Shown: positions 20,430 through 29,927 of the stretch, piece after piece
How the letters are laid out: each line of letters starts with the position of its first letter
Numbering within the stretch: position 1 is the stretch's first letter
NCBI GenBank assembly: GCA_017408905.1
Contig: JAFQTU010000016.1
Coordinates: 520 to 64,519 of the forward strand
Direction of reading: 5' to 3'
DNA from: Mailhella sp.
Lineage (GTDB): Bacteria > Desulfobacterota > Desulfovibrionia > Desulfovibrionales > Desulfovibrionaceae
DNA length: 64,000 nt
Notes under the pieces: generated by a model
The model's input: only the letters and a program-made list of their open reading frames with translations
Told to the model about the DNA's origin: nothing
Databases searched by the model: none
Position numbers and translations under genes: made by a program

Positions 20430-22147
20430 AACGGATTCCTTTTTTCCTTTTCTCTTTCTTCAGGCCGGAAGGGGCGGGACTGTCTCAGAAGCGGCAAGCA
20501 TAACGCGGCAAGCAGTATGCCCGCAAGTGCCGGAAGCCACGGATGGGCATGGAAATACAGGGTATGCTCTCGCAAGGCAAGCACTGTTCCCGTGAGCGCC
20601 CCGTCCTGGAACAGCGCCCAGCCGTCGGAAGCCTCGCCCAAGGCATGAACGCCCCCGAGCGGGTCAAGGAAGGCTGTTATGCCGCTGTTGGTGGCCCGGA
20701 CGACAAAGCGCCCCTGTTCCACGGCACGCATGAGGGAAAGGTGCATATGCTGCATGGGGGCCGAGGTGAAGTCGTACCATGCGTCGTTGCTGATGTTCAG
20801 CAGTATCTGTGCGCCCGCCTTGACGCGCTGGCGCGAAAGTTCGGGGAAAATGGCCTCATAGCAGATGAGCATCCCCATCGGCACGGCAGGCCTGCCTTTC
20901 GGTGCAAGATGGAAAAGCGTATCGCCCTTCCCTGCCGTGAAGCCGCCCAGCCCCTGAAGCAGGGGCTCGAATATCTTCCACTCGAGCACCGGGGGCAGGT
21001 ACTCGCCAAAGGGAACGAGATGCTCCTTGTCGTAGTATCCGGCATCCCCTTCGGGCAGGAGCAGGAAGGAACGGTTGAACAGCGCCCTCCCTTCGGGGCG
21101 GTATTCCAGCCCCGGCGCACAGAACACGAGCGGTATGCCCAGCGTCTGCACGAAGCGGCGTATCTCCCCGCTGTTGCGACTGCCCGGATAGGCAAAGGGC
21201 ATGGCCGTCTCGGGCCAGAGCAGGAAATCCGGCAGGACAGGCTTCAGCAGGGCGTCGTCCCTGCTCCCGATGGGAAGGCCCAGCGCTCCGGCCGCATCGG
21301 CAGAGGAAGGCGCAAGGCCCGCCCCCTCGCGGGAGGCGGCTTCTACATTCCTGCGCACGGCGTCCGTGCTGAGGCGCAGGTATTTTTCCAGCGTGGCAAG
21401 CTGATATTCCGGCGACCACTTCACGTTCTGCTTCACGTTGCCCTGCACGAGCAGCGCCGCCACAGGTACGCCGCGCTCCGCCAGCTTTCCCGGGAGAGCC
21501 TCCAAGCGCCAGACGCCGAAGCCGACCGACAGCACCAGAAGCCCTGCTCCCACAGCCCCTGCCGCGAGGCGCACACGGCGGCACGCTCCCGCCACACCCA
21601 ACATCTCGCAGAAAAGGCAGGCCAGAGCCGCCAGCAGGCCGGAATAGCCATAGGCCCCTATCACGCTCAAAGGCTGGAGCAGGACAGGCCATGCCGCCAG
21701 CCCGGAGGACAGGGTAAGCCACGGAAAGCCCGTGCAGAACCAGCCGCGCGCCCACTCGAAGAGCCACCAGAGGAGCCCTGCCGCCGCCACGCGTCGCCAC
21801 ACGGGCAAGGCGCGCATACGGGAAACGCCATACGCGAAAAGCCCGCCCCACAGGCTCACGTACAAGCCCAGCAGTATGGAGCAGGGGGCCGCCAGCATCC
21901 ACGGGAAGCCGCCGTACTTGTGCGCCGCCACGGCTATCCAGTACAGGCAGGCCGAAGCTCCCGGCACACCTGCACAGCAGCCGAGGCGGAAAGGCGAAGG
22001 AGAACGCAGGCCGATGACGTACAGGGCCGCCGGGTACAGGAGCACGGCATACGGCATATGCAGGACCGTATTGGCCATGCCGAAGAAAAGGCCGAGAGAC
22101 GCCGCGCCTGTCAGGGCGGCAGCAGAGTACAGGGAAAGAGGGGTCAT
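20426..22147 (-). CDS. lnt: Apolipoprotein N-acyltransferase
   Basis: Catalytic triad motifs WPETA, YDKEHLVPFGEY and ICYE; VRATNSG. Confidence 0.95.
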   Translation of the reverse strand: MTPLSLYSAAALTGAASLGLFFGMANTVLHMPYAVLLYPAALYVIGLRSPSPFRLGCCAGVPGASACLYWIAVAAHKYGGFPWMLAAPCSILLGLYVSLWGGLFAYGVSRMRALPVWRRVAAAGLLWWLFEWARGWFCTGFPWLTLSSGLAAWPVLLQPLSVIGAYGYSGLLAALACLFCEMLGVAGACRRVRLAAGAVGAGLLVLSVGFGVWRLEALPGKLAERGVPVAALLVQGNVKQNVKWSPEYQLATLEKYLRLSTDAVRRNVEAASREGAGLAPSSADAAGALGLPIGSRDDALLKPVLPDFLLWPETAMPFAYPGSRNSGEIRRFVQTLGIPLVFCAPGLEYRPEGRALFNRSFLLLPEGDAGYYDKEHLVPFGEYLPPVLEWKIFEPLLQGLGGFTAGKGDTLFHLAPKGRPAVPMGMLICYEAIFPELSRQRVKAGAQILLNISNDAWYDFTSAPMQHMHLSLMRAVEQGRFVVRATNSGITAFLDPLGGVHALGEASDGWALFQDGALTGTVLALREHTLYFHAHPWLPALAGILLAALCLPLLRQSRPFRPEEREKEKRNPL

Positions 22148-23664
22148 GCCTGCTCCCTGTCGAGCATACGGCAGCTCAGGGCTTCCGCGATATGCGGCAA
22201 GGCAATGTCGCGCAGGCCTTCGAGGTCGGCAATGGTGCGCGCCACGCGCAGGATACGCGTATAGGCTCTGGCGGAAAGCGCCAGATTCCTCACGGCCGCA
22301 CCGAGGAAATCGTGCTCGGCAGAACCGAGGCGGCAATGCTCTTCCAGAAGAGAGCCGGAAAGGTCGGCGTTGGTGCGGCAGTTCGTGCCGCGATAGCGCC
22401 CGGCCTGTATCTCGCGCGCCCGGAGCACCCTTTCCCGTATCTCGCTGGAGCTTGGGCCGGAACGCGCCGCCCGCAGGTCTTCATAGGATACGGCAGGAAC
22501 TTCCACATGAAGGTCTATGCGGTCCAGCAGAGGGCCGGAAAGACGGGCCCGGTAGCGGGCAACGGCCTGAGCCGAGCAGGTGCAGGCATGGCGGGGGTCG
22601 GTACTGTAGCCGCAGGGGCAGGGATTCATGGCCGCGACCAGCATGAAGTCCGCAGGATAGGTGATGGAGTAGGTCGAACGGGAGATGGACACCGTGCCCT
22701 GCTCCAGAGGCTGGCGCAGGACTTCAAGCGCCTGCCGCTGGAATTCGGGAAGCTCGTCCAGAAACAGCACGCCATGATGGGCAAGGCTCACCTCCCCGGG
22801 ATGCGGAGGCACACCGCCGCCGATGATGGACACGCTGGAATCGCTGTGATGGGGCGTGCGGAACGGCCTCTGCGTCATGAGCCCATGCCCGTGGAGCAGG
22901 CGCGCCACACTGTAGATCTTGGTGACTTCCAGAGCCTCTTCGAAACTGAGGGGAGGAAGTATGCCGGGCATACGCTGGGCCAGCATGGTCTTGCCGCTTC
23001 CGGGCGGCCCGATGAGCAGAAGGTTGTGCGCCCCCGAAGCCGCTATCTCCATAGCTCTCTTGGCGCGCTCCTGCCCCTTCACGTCGGCAAAGTCCAGCGG
23101 GAAGCTCGAGAACGCCTGCGGGGCGTCCGGCTGGCTGGGGGAAAGCTGTGCCTGCCCCATCAGGAAGGCCACGGCCTCGCCCAGCGTCTGCGCGGCAAAC
23201 ACGGGAAGCCCTTCCACAACGGCGGCCTCCCCGGCATTCTCGGGGGCCGTGATGAGCCCGCGGGCCTTCTCGCTTCGGGCAAGGAGCGCAAGGGGAAGCA
23301 TACCGGGAACAGGCTTCAGCCTGCCGTCCAGAGAAAGTTCGGCTGCCGTGAACCAGCCTTCCAGCACATCCGCCGGAATAATGCCGGATGCCGCCAGCAG
23401 GCCGAGGGCCAGAGGCAGATCGTAGGCAGAGCCTTCCTTGCGGCGGTCGGCCGGGGCAAGGTTCACCGTGATGCGGGCTGCCGGAAGCTTGAAGCCGGAA
23501 TTCTGCAAGGCCTTGAGCACACGCTCCCGGGATTCGCGCACCGCGCCTTCGGCAAGGCCCACCATCACGAAGGACGGCATGCCCTGCCGACTGCAATCGA
23601 CCTCGAGATCGACCCGGTAGGCGTCAACGCCGTGGAGTGCGCCGCTGGCTAGCTGAACGACCAT
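22144..23664 (-). CDS. comM: YifB/ComM Mg-chelatase-like AAA+ ATPase
   Basis: VNLAPAD..KEG, GPPGSGKT, FRTPHH, GVLFLDELPEF, AAMNPCPCG, SGPLLDRID, ARTIADL. Confidence 0.93.
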   Translation of the reverse strand: MVVQLASGALHGVDAYRVDLEVDCSRQGMPSFVMVGLAEGAVRESRERVLKALQNSGFKLPAARITVNLAPADRRKEGSAYDLPLALGLLAASGIIPADVLEGWFTAAELSLDGRLKPVPGMLPLALLARSEKARGLITAPENAGEAAVVEGLPVFAAQTLGEAVAFLMGQAQLSPSQPDAPQAFSSFPLDFADVKGQERAKRAMEIAASGAHNLLLIGPPGSGKTMLAQRMPGILPPLSFEEALEVTKIYSVARLLHGHGLMTQRPFRTPHHSDSSVSIIGGGVPPHPGEVSLAHHGVLFLDELPEFQRQALEVLRQPLEQGTVSISRSTYSITYPADFMLVAAMNPCPCGYSTDPRHACTCSAQAVARYRARLSGPLLDRIDLHVEVPAVSYEDLRAARSGPSSSEIRERVLRAREIQAGRYRGTNCRTNADLSGSLLEEHCRLGSAEHDFLGAAVRNLALSARAYTRILRVARTIADLEGLRDIALPHIAEALSCRMLDREQA

Positions 23665-23671
23665 AGATGCC

Positions 23672-26038
23672 TCATATATTGAAGCCGGGGAACTGCAGGA
23701 GCACACGGAACGAGGTGTCGCCGCCGTCCCTCTCGATAGCGCCGAGCAGGTGGAAGCACTGGTGGCGGTAGCCGAGTATGCTTTCCCAGGCAAGGGTCTG
23801 GCCGCTGATGATATCGTTCTCCGCTCTGAAATACAGGTCGAATCCCCTGGTCAGATTCACGTTCAGGGTATTGGTGACGAGGCGCTGGGAGCCCTTGTTC
23901 ACCCACGGTTCGATGTCGGAACGCTCATCGCGCTTCATTTCGTCGCGGTAGGTATAGTATTTGTTGCGAACGTCATACGAAATGCTCCACGAGCCCCAGC
24001 GCTTATTCCGGAAGGTAGCGCCGCTGTCGCTCCGGGTAACGCCGTCGCCGTACATGGAGATATACATCTTGTTGTACAGCGAGAACCAGTCCAGAGGGCT
24101 GAACACGAGGTAGGAATACGTGTCCATGATGGGCTTGCGTTCGAATTCGTCGCGGTAGTTCCTGCGCCCGTCTTCCTCGAAGTCGTAGCCGGTAGCGAGT
24201 TCCCAGCGGATAGGATCGGAGAAGCTTTCCTTCAGGGTGTAGCCTTCCTTGTCCTTGCTCACCGTGGCCGTTTTCGAAGTCAGGATATTGGTCACGCTGA
24301 AGCGCATCTGCTGCGAGGGCTTGATGCGGTCCATCGCTTCATAGATAGGATTCTCGCTCTGGTCGCGTTCCGGAATCCAGCCATAGGTGAAGCGGGGCTG
24401 TACGCGATGCTTGACGCCGACCCACGAACTCTTGCCCAGATTTTCTTCCACGGCGTCCAGTGCCCGTTCAGGCATCTGCCAGATGCGGGAAAGCTGGGTG
24501 TAGGCCGTAGCGCTGGCTTCGGGGATGAGGCGGTCCTTCGTTCCGCCGCCGCGCGTAGCCTGATCGTCCGTATGCTTATAGTAATGCGTGCTGTTGTACC
24601 AGGTCTGGCGAAGGGCGCCGTTCAGCACCAGAGACAGGCCCGGCAGGCTCACAGGCAGGCTGACTTCAGGGCGGAGTTCGGTGCGCAGGCCGCGCACGCC
24701 CGCATTGCGGTATTCGTAAGTCGTCGAAAGTTCGCCCTGGAATTCAAGGGGCAGGTCTTCCACGATGCGCTGTTTGAACAGGAAGGCGTTCAGGGGGATG
24801 CGCTGTACCGTGGTATCGTCGCGGTGCTTCTTGTTGCCGTGGCCGAGGTAGGGAATTTCTTCGTAGCGGAAACCGGCCGAGACCATGAAGCGGTCCCACT
24901 CGCGGAAGATGAAGCCCTCGCTCACGCGATTCTTGTCCACTTCGGCGATATCGCGGCCGAACATATCGTACATGGCGTCGCGGGAACGGTTGAAGCCGTT
25001 CAGCATACTGCGGAATTCGCGCAGATAGTTCTGATCGGACACGTAGTCGAGGTTATAGCGGTAGCGCCACGGAGAGTCGCCTATATAGCCGTCGCCCATA
25101 CCGCGAATCCAGAAGCGCTCTTCGTTGGTGTTTACCATGCCGTCTCCCGCGCTCACACGGTCGTCGGCTTCGCTGGAGAAGCGATGCTTGTCGTGCAGGA
25201 TGTCCAGGGCCAGCCACGTCTTGTCCTGCTTGCGGGTATGGGCACGGTACTCGATGCCGGGCATGAAGCCGACGCGCCCCATGTAGGTGGCATAGAAGGT
25301 CAGGTCGCGGCTTTTGTCGATAACATGGAAATAGGGCTGGGAATAGAAGCCGCCAAGCTTGCTGCTGTAGCCGCCATCGGGAATGAGCAGGCCGCTCTGG
25401 CGGGTCGTCTTGGCGGGCAGCATCATGAAGGGAGCGTCCATGACGGGGACATCAAGGATGTTCAGCGTCGAATGGTGAAGCGTGGCATAGCCGTCGATCT
25501 CCACCTCGGCTTCCTTGGCGGAAAGAGACCACGCCGGGCGTTCTCCGTCGCAGAGCGTGACCTTGGCGTTCTTGAAGGCGTAGCGGTCGCCGAAAAGCTT
25601 ATCGACCTGCGTGCCGGAAACGTACATATGCGGCCCGGCCATGAAGATAGTGCCGTGCCTGAGCCAGCCGGTACGGCTGTTGAGGTCGAACTCCGCCTCC
25701 TTGGCGTTCAGAAGGTCGCGCCCCATGCGCACTTCCACATTGCCCTGCACGAAGATCCAGTTCGTCGCCGTGTAGTAGCGGGCGAAATCGGCCTTCATGT
25801 AATCGTCGCCGCGCTGGAGGAGCACGCCGCCGGAAGCTTCCACGATGACGCCGTCATCAATGCTCACAAGCTTGTCGGATTTCAGCGTCCACGGGGCCTC
25901 GCCCTTGGTGTTCATGGACTTCTGCGTATCGAGCATGGCATACGCATCCAGAGGAGCGGAGCACAGGCATATCAGCACGGCGCAGGCGGCCGCTGCGGCC
26001 CGCCAGAGCGCGGAAGAAAAAAATATGGAAAAAAACAC
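23672..26038 (-). CDS. lptD: LPS assembly outer-membrane protein LptD (start uncertain)
   Basis: Signal peptide, N-terminal jellyroll (C...PAWSL.A), RQSGLLIP, C-terminal beta-barrel with RHQC. Confidence 0.85.
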   Translation of the reverse strand: MFFSIFFSSALWRAAAAACAVLICLCSAPLDAYAMLDTQKSMNTKGEAPWTLKSDKLVSIDDGVIVEASGGVLLQRGDDYMKADFARYYTATNWIFVQGNVEVRMGRDLLNAKEAEFDLNSRTGWLRHGTIFMAGPHMYVSGTQVDKLFGDRYAFKNAKVTLCDGERPAWSLSAKEAEVEIDGYATLHHSTLNILDVPVMDAPFMMLPAKTTRQSGLLIPDGGYSSKLGGFYSQPYFHVIDKSRDLTFYATYMGRVGFMPGIEYRAHTRKQDKTWLALDILHDKHRFSSEADDRVSAGDGMVNTNEERFWIRGMGDGYIGDSPWRYRYNLDYVSDQNYLREFRSMLNGFNRSRDAMYDMFGRDIAEVDKNRVSEGFIFREWDRFMVSAGFRYEEIPYLGHGNKKHRDDTTVQRIPLNAFLFKQRIVEDLPLEFQGELSTTYEYRNAGVRGLRTELRPEVSLPVSLPGLSLVLNGALRQTWYNSTHYYKHTDDQATRGGGTKDRLIPEASATAYTQLSRIWQMPERALDAVEENLGKSSWVGVKHRVQPRFTYGWIPERDQSENPIYEAMDRIKPSQQMRFSVTNILTSKTATVSKDKEGYTLKESFSDPIRWELATGYDFEEDGRRNYRDEFERKPIMDTYSYLVFSPLDWFSLYNKMYISMYGDGVTRSDSGATFRNKRWGSWSISYDVRNKYYTYRDEMKRDERSDIEPWVNKGSQRLVTNTLNVNLTRGFDLYFRAENDIISGQTLAWESILGYRHQCFHLLGAIERDGGDTSFRVLLQFPGFNI

Positions 26039-26217
26039 GGCAGTTCCCGGTTGCAAGTCGGAGAAAGAGAAGGTAGAGCCAAAGGGAAGGAAATAAAAAC
26101 AGAGGCTCCCTGCGGGCATCGCCCGAATCCTTTGTTTCCATAGCATACAATGTTCTTGAAAAAAAGCCCCTGCGGGGCACGTCTGCCGCAAGAATCCGGC
26201 AGCGGCCCGGAGTTGAA

Positions 26218-27333
26218 ATGATACCCTCATCCTGTCACGTCCATATCGACTGGAACCATTTCCGCCACAACCTCTGCCAGCTCATGCGCAAGGGCAAGGC
26301 CCTCATGCCCGTCATCAAGGCCGACGCCTACGGCCATGGCGTTCTCCCTGCATCCGACATCCTTGCCGAACTGGGCATCGAATGGGCGGCCATAGGCACG
26401 CTGGAAGAAGGCAGGCTGGTCCGTGAACACGGCTACGGCGGCAATATCGTTTCGCTCCTCAGCTTCACGCTCAGCCCCGAAGACGTACGCCTTGCCCGGG
26501 AAAAGCGTATCATCCCCCTGATACACGACTGGGCCGGGCTCCGCGCCCTCGATGCCGCGCTCCGGGCTGAAAACAGCGAACCCTTCGACATCGCCGTCAA
26601 GGTCGATACCGGCATGGCCCGCCTTGGCTTCCCCGTCGAGGAAATGGAAGACGTGGCCGCCTTCCTGAACGCCAATGCCGCCCTGCGCCCTGTGCTCCTC
26701 ATCTCGCATCTGGCTGTGGCCGACGAGCCCGAACACGACGCCTATACGGAACGTCAGGCCGAAAATTTCTCCAAGGCGGCCGCCATCCTGCACCGCAGCT
26801 ACCCCGATGTGCTCTGCTCGCTGGGCAATACCGCCGGGCTCGCAAGCCATACCGCCAGCGCTGGCGATGTCTGCCGCCCCGGCCTTGCCGTCTATGGCTA
26901 TAATCCGCAGTTCGGCACTTCGCGCGAAGGCGACTGCGAAGGCCTCCTGCCCGTCATGAGCGTTTCCGTCCCGCTCATCAGCGTCCATCCCCTGCGCAAG
27001 GGCGAGAGCCTCGGCTACGGCCTCGCCTACACGGCAGAATCCGACAGGCTGGTCGGCTGGGCCGCCATTGGCTATGCCGACGGCTACCGGCGCAATCCCG
27101 CCGAGGGAACCTGCATGTGCGTGAACGGGATACGCGTTCCCGTCATAGGCCGCGTTGCCATGCAGACCACCTGCCTCGACCTCACCGACCTGCCCTTCAC
27201 GCCGCAGTCCGGCGACATCGTCCACGTCATGGGCGGCCCGGGCCATGCCGTCACCGCGCAGGAGCTGGCCGACTGGTGGGGCACTATTCCCTACGAGGTG
27301 CTCTGCCTTCTGGGCAAGAACAGCCGGGATTAA
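26218..27333 (+). CDS. alr: Alanine racemase
   Basis: VIKADAYGHG (PLP Lys), KVDTGMARLG, RPGLAVYG, LGYG, GYADG, TIPYE. Confidence 0.96.
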   Translation: MIPSSCHVHIDWNHFRHNLCQLMRKGKALMPVIKADAYGHGVLPASDILAELGIEWAAIGTLEEGRLVREHGYGGNIVSLLSFTLSPEDVRLAREKRIIPLIHDWAGLRALDAALRAENSEPFDIAVKVDTGMARLGFPVEEMEDVAAFLNANAALRPVLLISHLAVADEPEHDAYTERQAENFSKAAAILHRSYPDVLCSLGNTAGLASHTASAGDVCRPGLAVYGYNPQFGTSREGDCEGLLPVMSVSVPLISVHPLRKGESLGYGLAYTAESDRLVGWAAIGYADGYRRNPAEGTCMCVNGIRVPVIGRVAMQTTCLDLTDLPFTPQSGDIVHVMGGPGHAVTAQELADWWGTIPYEVLCLLGKNSRD

Positions 27334-27336
27334 ACA

Positions 27337-27365
27337 AAGAAGGGGCGCAAGGCCCCTTTCTTTTT
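27337..27365. terminator. Bidirectional terminator between alr and pyrD
   Basis: AAGAAGGGGC-GCAAG-GCCCCTTTCTTTTT between convergent genes. Confidence 0.75.
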
Positions 27366-27381
27366 GTCTGAATTTCCGCGC

Positions 27382-28299
27382 CTAGCCCTGCAAAGAGCCC
27401 CGGAACGCGTCCAGATCGCTGACGCCGTATTCCTCGCACACGGCGGGCAGTTCACGCACGATGCGGAAAATGGCCTCAGGATCGCTGAAGCTGGCAGAGC
27501 CGACGGCCACGGCATGGGCGCCCACCAGCATGAATTCCAGCACGTCCTGCGCGGTACGGATGCCGCCCACGCCGATGACGGGGATATCCACGGCATGGGA
27601 TATCTGCCAGACACAGCGCAGGGCCAGCGGCTTCACGGCAGGGCCGGAAAGTCCGCCCGTGATACTGCCGAGCATGGCGCGGCGTTCCCGCACGTCCACG
27701 GCAAGCCCCTGCACCGTACCGATACAGGAAATGACATCGGCACCGGCGGCCTCCACGGAGCGGGCCACTTCCACGATATCCATGATCTGCGGCGAGAGCT
27801 TGGCGATGACGGGCTTGCTCCCGGCGGCCTTCTTCACGGCGCTGACGGCGCGGGCGGCCGTCACCGTGTTCTGGTTGAAGCGCTGGCCGGAGCGGTTGTC
27901 GTTGCGGCAGGAAAGGTTGACTTCCAGCGCGGCGATGCCGGGTTCGGCTGCGAGTATCCCCGCCAGTTCGCTGAAGTCTTCCACGAAATTCGCGTTGAGA
28001 TTGGGGATGATGGGCACATCCTGCCACGGGAGCTGGGGCAGGACGTGGCGGACGAAATGCTCCACGCCGTCGTTCTGCGTACCGATGGAGGTGAGCAGGC
28101 CCGAAGGGGTCTCGGCCACGCGCGGCATGGGGGAGCCCATGCAGGGGCGGAGCGTGAGACCGTTGGTTATGATGCCGCCAAGCTGGGTGATATCGCCGTA
28201 GGGGCTGTATTCAAGGCCGCTGCCGAAAGTTCCGGCGGCGCTCATGATGGGATTCTTCAGCTCAAGCAGGCCGGGAACGAGAGTAGCGCGAAGATCCAT
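27382..28299 (-). CDS. pyrD: Dihydroorotate dehydrogenase class 1B catalytic subunit-like protein with atypical active site
   Basis: LKNPIMSAAGTFG, PRVAETPSG, EVNLSC, KLSP, GGLSGPAVKP; adjacent to pyrK. Several invariant residues are substituted. Confidence 0.85.
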   Translation of the reverse strand: MDLRATLVPGLLELKNPIMSAAGTFGSGLEYSPYGDITQLGGIITNGLTLRPCMGSPMPRVAETPSGLLTSIGTQNDGVEHFVRHVLPQLPWQDVPIIPNLNANFVEDFSELAGILAAEPGIAALEVNLSCRNDNRSGQRFNQNTVTAARAVSAVKKAAGSKPVIAKLSPQIMDIVEVARSVEAAGADVISCIGTVQGLAVDVRERRAMLGSITGGLSGPAVKPLALRCVWQISHAVDIPVIGVGGIRTAQDVLEFMLVGAHAVAVGSASFSDPEAIFRIVRELPAVCEEYGVSDLDAFRGSLQG

Positions 28300-29144
28300 C
28301 AGTCCCTCCTTTCCGAAAGAGAAGCGTCAAGGTCCAGTTCCTTGGCCCAGAACACCGGCCCGCTGGTGCAGGTCTGCACGGGGAGCCCCGCCTTCACGGG
28401 GTCGGGCCAGTGCTTCGAGGTCACGGCGGAACAGCCGAGGCAGGCCCCGGTGCCGCAGCTCATGCGCTCTTCAAGAAGGAGCTGGGTGGGCAGGTCTATC
28501 TCGTTGGCGAAGCGCCACACCTTTTTCAGGAAGGGCATAGGGCCGCAGGCAAGGCATATGCCGCCCCTCTCCTTGTATTCCGTCATGCGAAGGCGCGCGA
28601 CCCTGTGGAATTCTTCCAGCTCCTCGGGGGTACGGTCATGCAGGCTCTCCACTTCGATGCGGGCGGCCATAGCATCCGTGGGATAGTTGCTGCTAGGCAG
28701 GGAATGGCCGAACAGCATGGAAAGGCTGGAAGGGTCGGGGTGCATATCCGCGTAGCCCGCGAAGGGGGCTATGCCCACGCCCCGGGCAAGGAGGAGGGTA
28801 GGCGTGTCCGGCCTCATGTCGAAGCCCGTACCGAGCGGCCCCCAGACGATGACCTTGTCCCCGCTTTTCAGGCGGGAGAAGCGATCGGTGGCAGAGCCTA
28901 CCACGCGGATGAACAGCACAAGGCTCTGCGAAGTCACACGGCAGATGGACATGGGGCGAGCCCACACGCATTCTTCCCCCGACAGCGGCCTCAGCATGAT
29001 GAACTGCCCGGGCTGCCAGCTCTTCCATTCCGGCCTTTCCAGAGTGAGGGCATAGAAGCGGCGCTGGCCGTCAGGCCAGAATACCGGCTGCCCGAAGGGG
29101 ACGTTGTCCGTCACGGTGAGCTCGGCTCGTATGGGAGTTATCAT
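28299..29144 (-). CDS. pyrK: Dihydroorotate dehydrogenase electron transfer subunit
   Basis: PGQFIML, RPMSI, GPLG, CGP and the 2Fe-2S motif ERMSCGTGACLGC...C.SGPVF. Confidence 0.88.
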   Translation of the reverse strand: MITPIRAELTVTDNVPFGQPVFWPDGQRRFYALTLERPEWKSWQPGQFIMLRPLSGEECVWARPMSICRVTSQSLVLFIRVVGSATDRFSRLKSGDKVIVWGPLGTGFDMRPDTPTLLLARGVGIAPFAGYADMHPDPSSLSMLFGHSLPSSNYPTDAMAARIEVESLHDRTPEELEEFHRVARLRMTEYKERGGICLACGPMPFLKKVWRFANEIDLPTQLLLEERMSCGTGACLGCSAVTSKHWPDPVKAGLPVQTCTSGPVFWAKELDLDASLSERRD

Positions 29145-29237
29145 AAGGCCTCCGCGGCTTTTTTCTTTTCTTTGTGCGCCTCAAAACATTTCAGGTCAAG
29201 TGAACGGCGGCACAATTCATCGAAAGTTAACAATTTT

Positions 29238-29807
29238 TCAGAAGACTCCATGCTCGTGCAGGATGTTCACGCCGATGCCGATGAGCACGAAAGCCCCCAG
29301 CAGGGCTGCCTTGCCCCCCAGCAGTTCCGAACGCCCCAGAGCCGTTCCCAGCCTGATGCCCAGCGCCGTGAGCGCCGCGCAGACAAGGCCGATGACGGCA
29401 GACGGCATCCATACGGAAATGCCCGCCATGGAAAAGGAAAGCCCCACGGCCAGCGCGTCGATGCTGGTGGCCACGGCAAGGAGCAGGAGCGTGACGCCCC
29501 GCGAAGGGTCGCCGGAGCATTCCCCTTCCTCCTCGCAGAAAAAGGCCTCGCGCAGCATATTCAGGCCCACGGCAAGGAGCAGGGCAAAGGCTATCCAGTG
29601 ATCCCACGCCTCGATCCAGCTCCGCACGGAAAGCCCCAGCGCCCAGCCGATGACGGGCATGGCGAACTGGAAGAAGCCGAAGGCGAAGGACATACGCACA
29701 TAATGGCCGATATCCACACGCCCCAGAGAGACGGAGGACGACAGCGCCACAGCGAAGGCATCCATAGCCAGAGCAAGGGCCACGGCAAAAGAGGAAAGCA
29801 GGGACAT
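29238..29807 (-). CDS. mntP: Manganese efflux pump MntP
   Basis: LALAMDAFAV, FGFFQFAMP, ATSIDALAVG. Confidence 0.92.
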   Translation of the reverse strand: MSLLSSFAVALALAMDAFAVALSSSVSLGRVDIGHYVRMSFAFGFFQFAMPVIGWALGLSVRSWIEAWDHWIAFALLLAVGLNMLREAFFCEEEGECSGDPSRGVTLLLLAVATSIDALAVGLSFSMAGISVWMPSAVIGLVCAALTALGIRLGTALGRSELLGGKAALLGAFVLIGIGVNILHEHGVF

Positions 29808-29927
29808 GAGGCACTCCTGAACAGAAAACTCCGCGCATTATACATAGACGCGATTCCGTTACAAGTAGCTTGTGCTCTACCCCGGCATGAGGTACAACTG
29901 TCCCGACGAAAAAAGGAAGCTCTGTAT

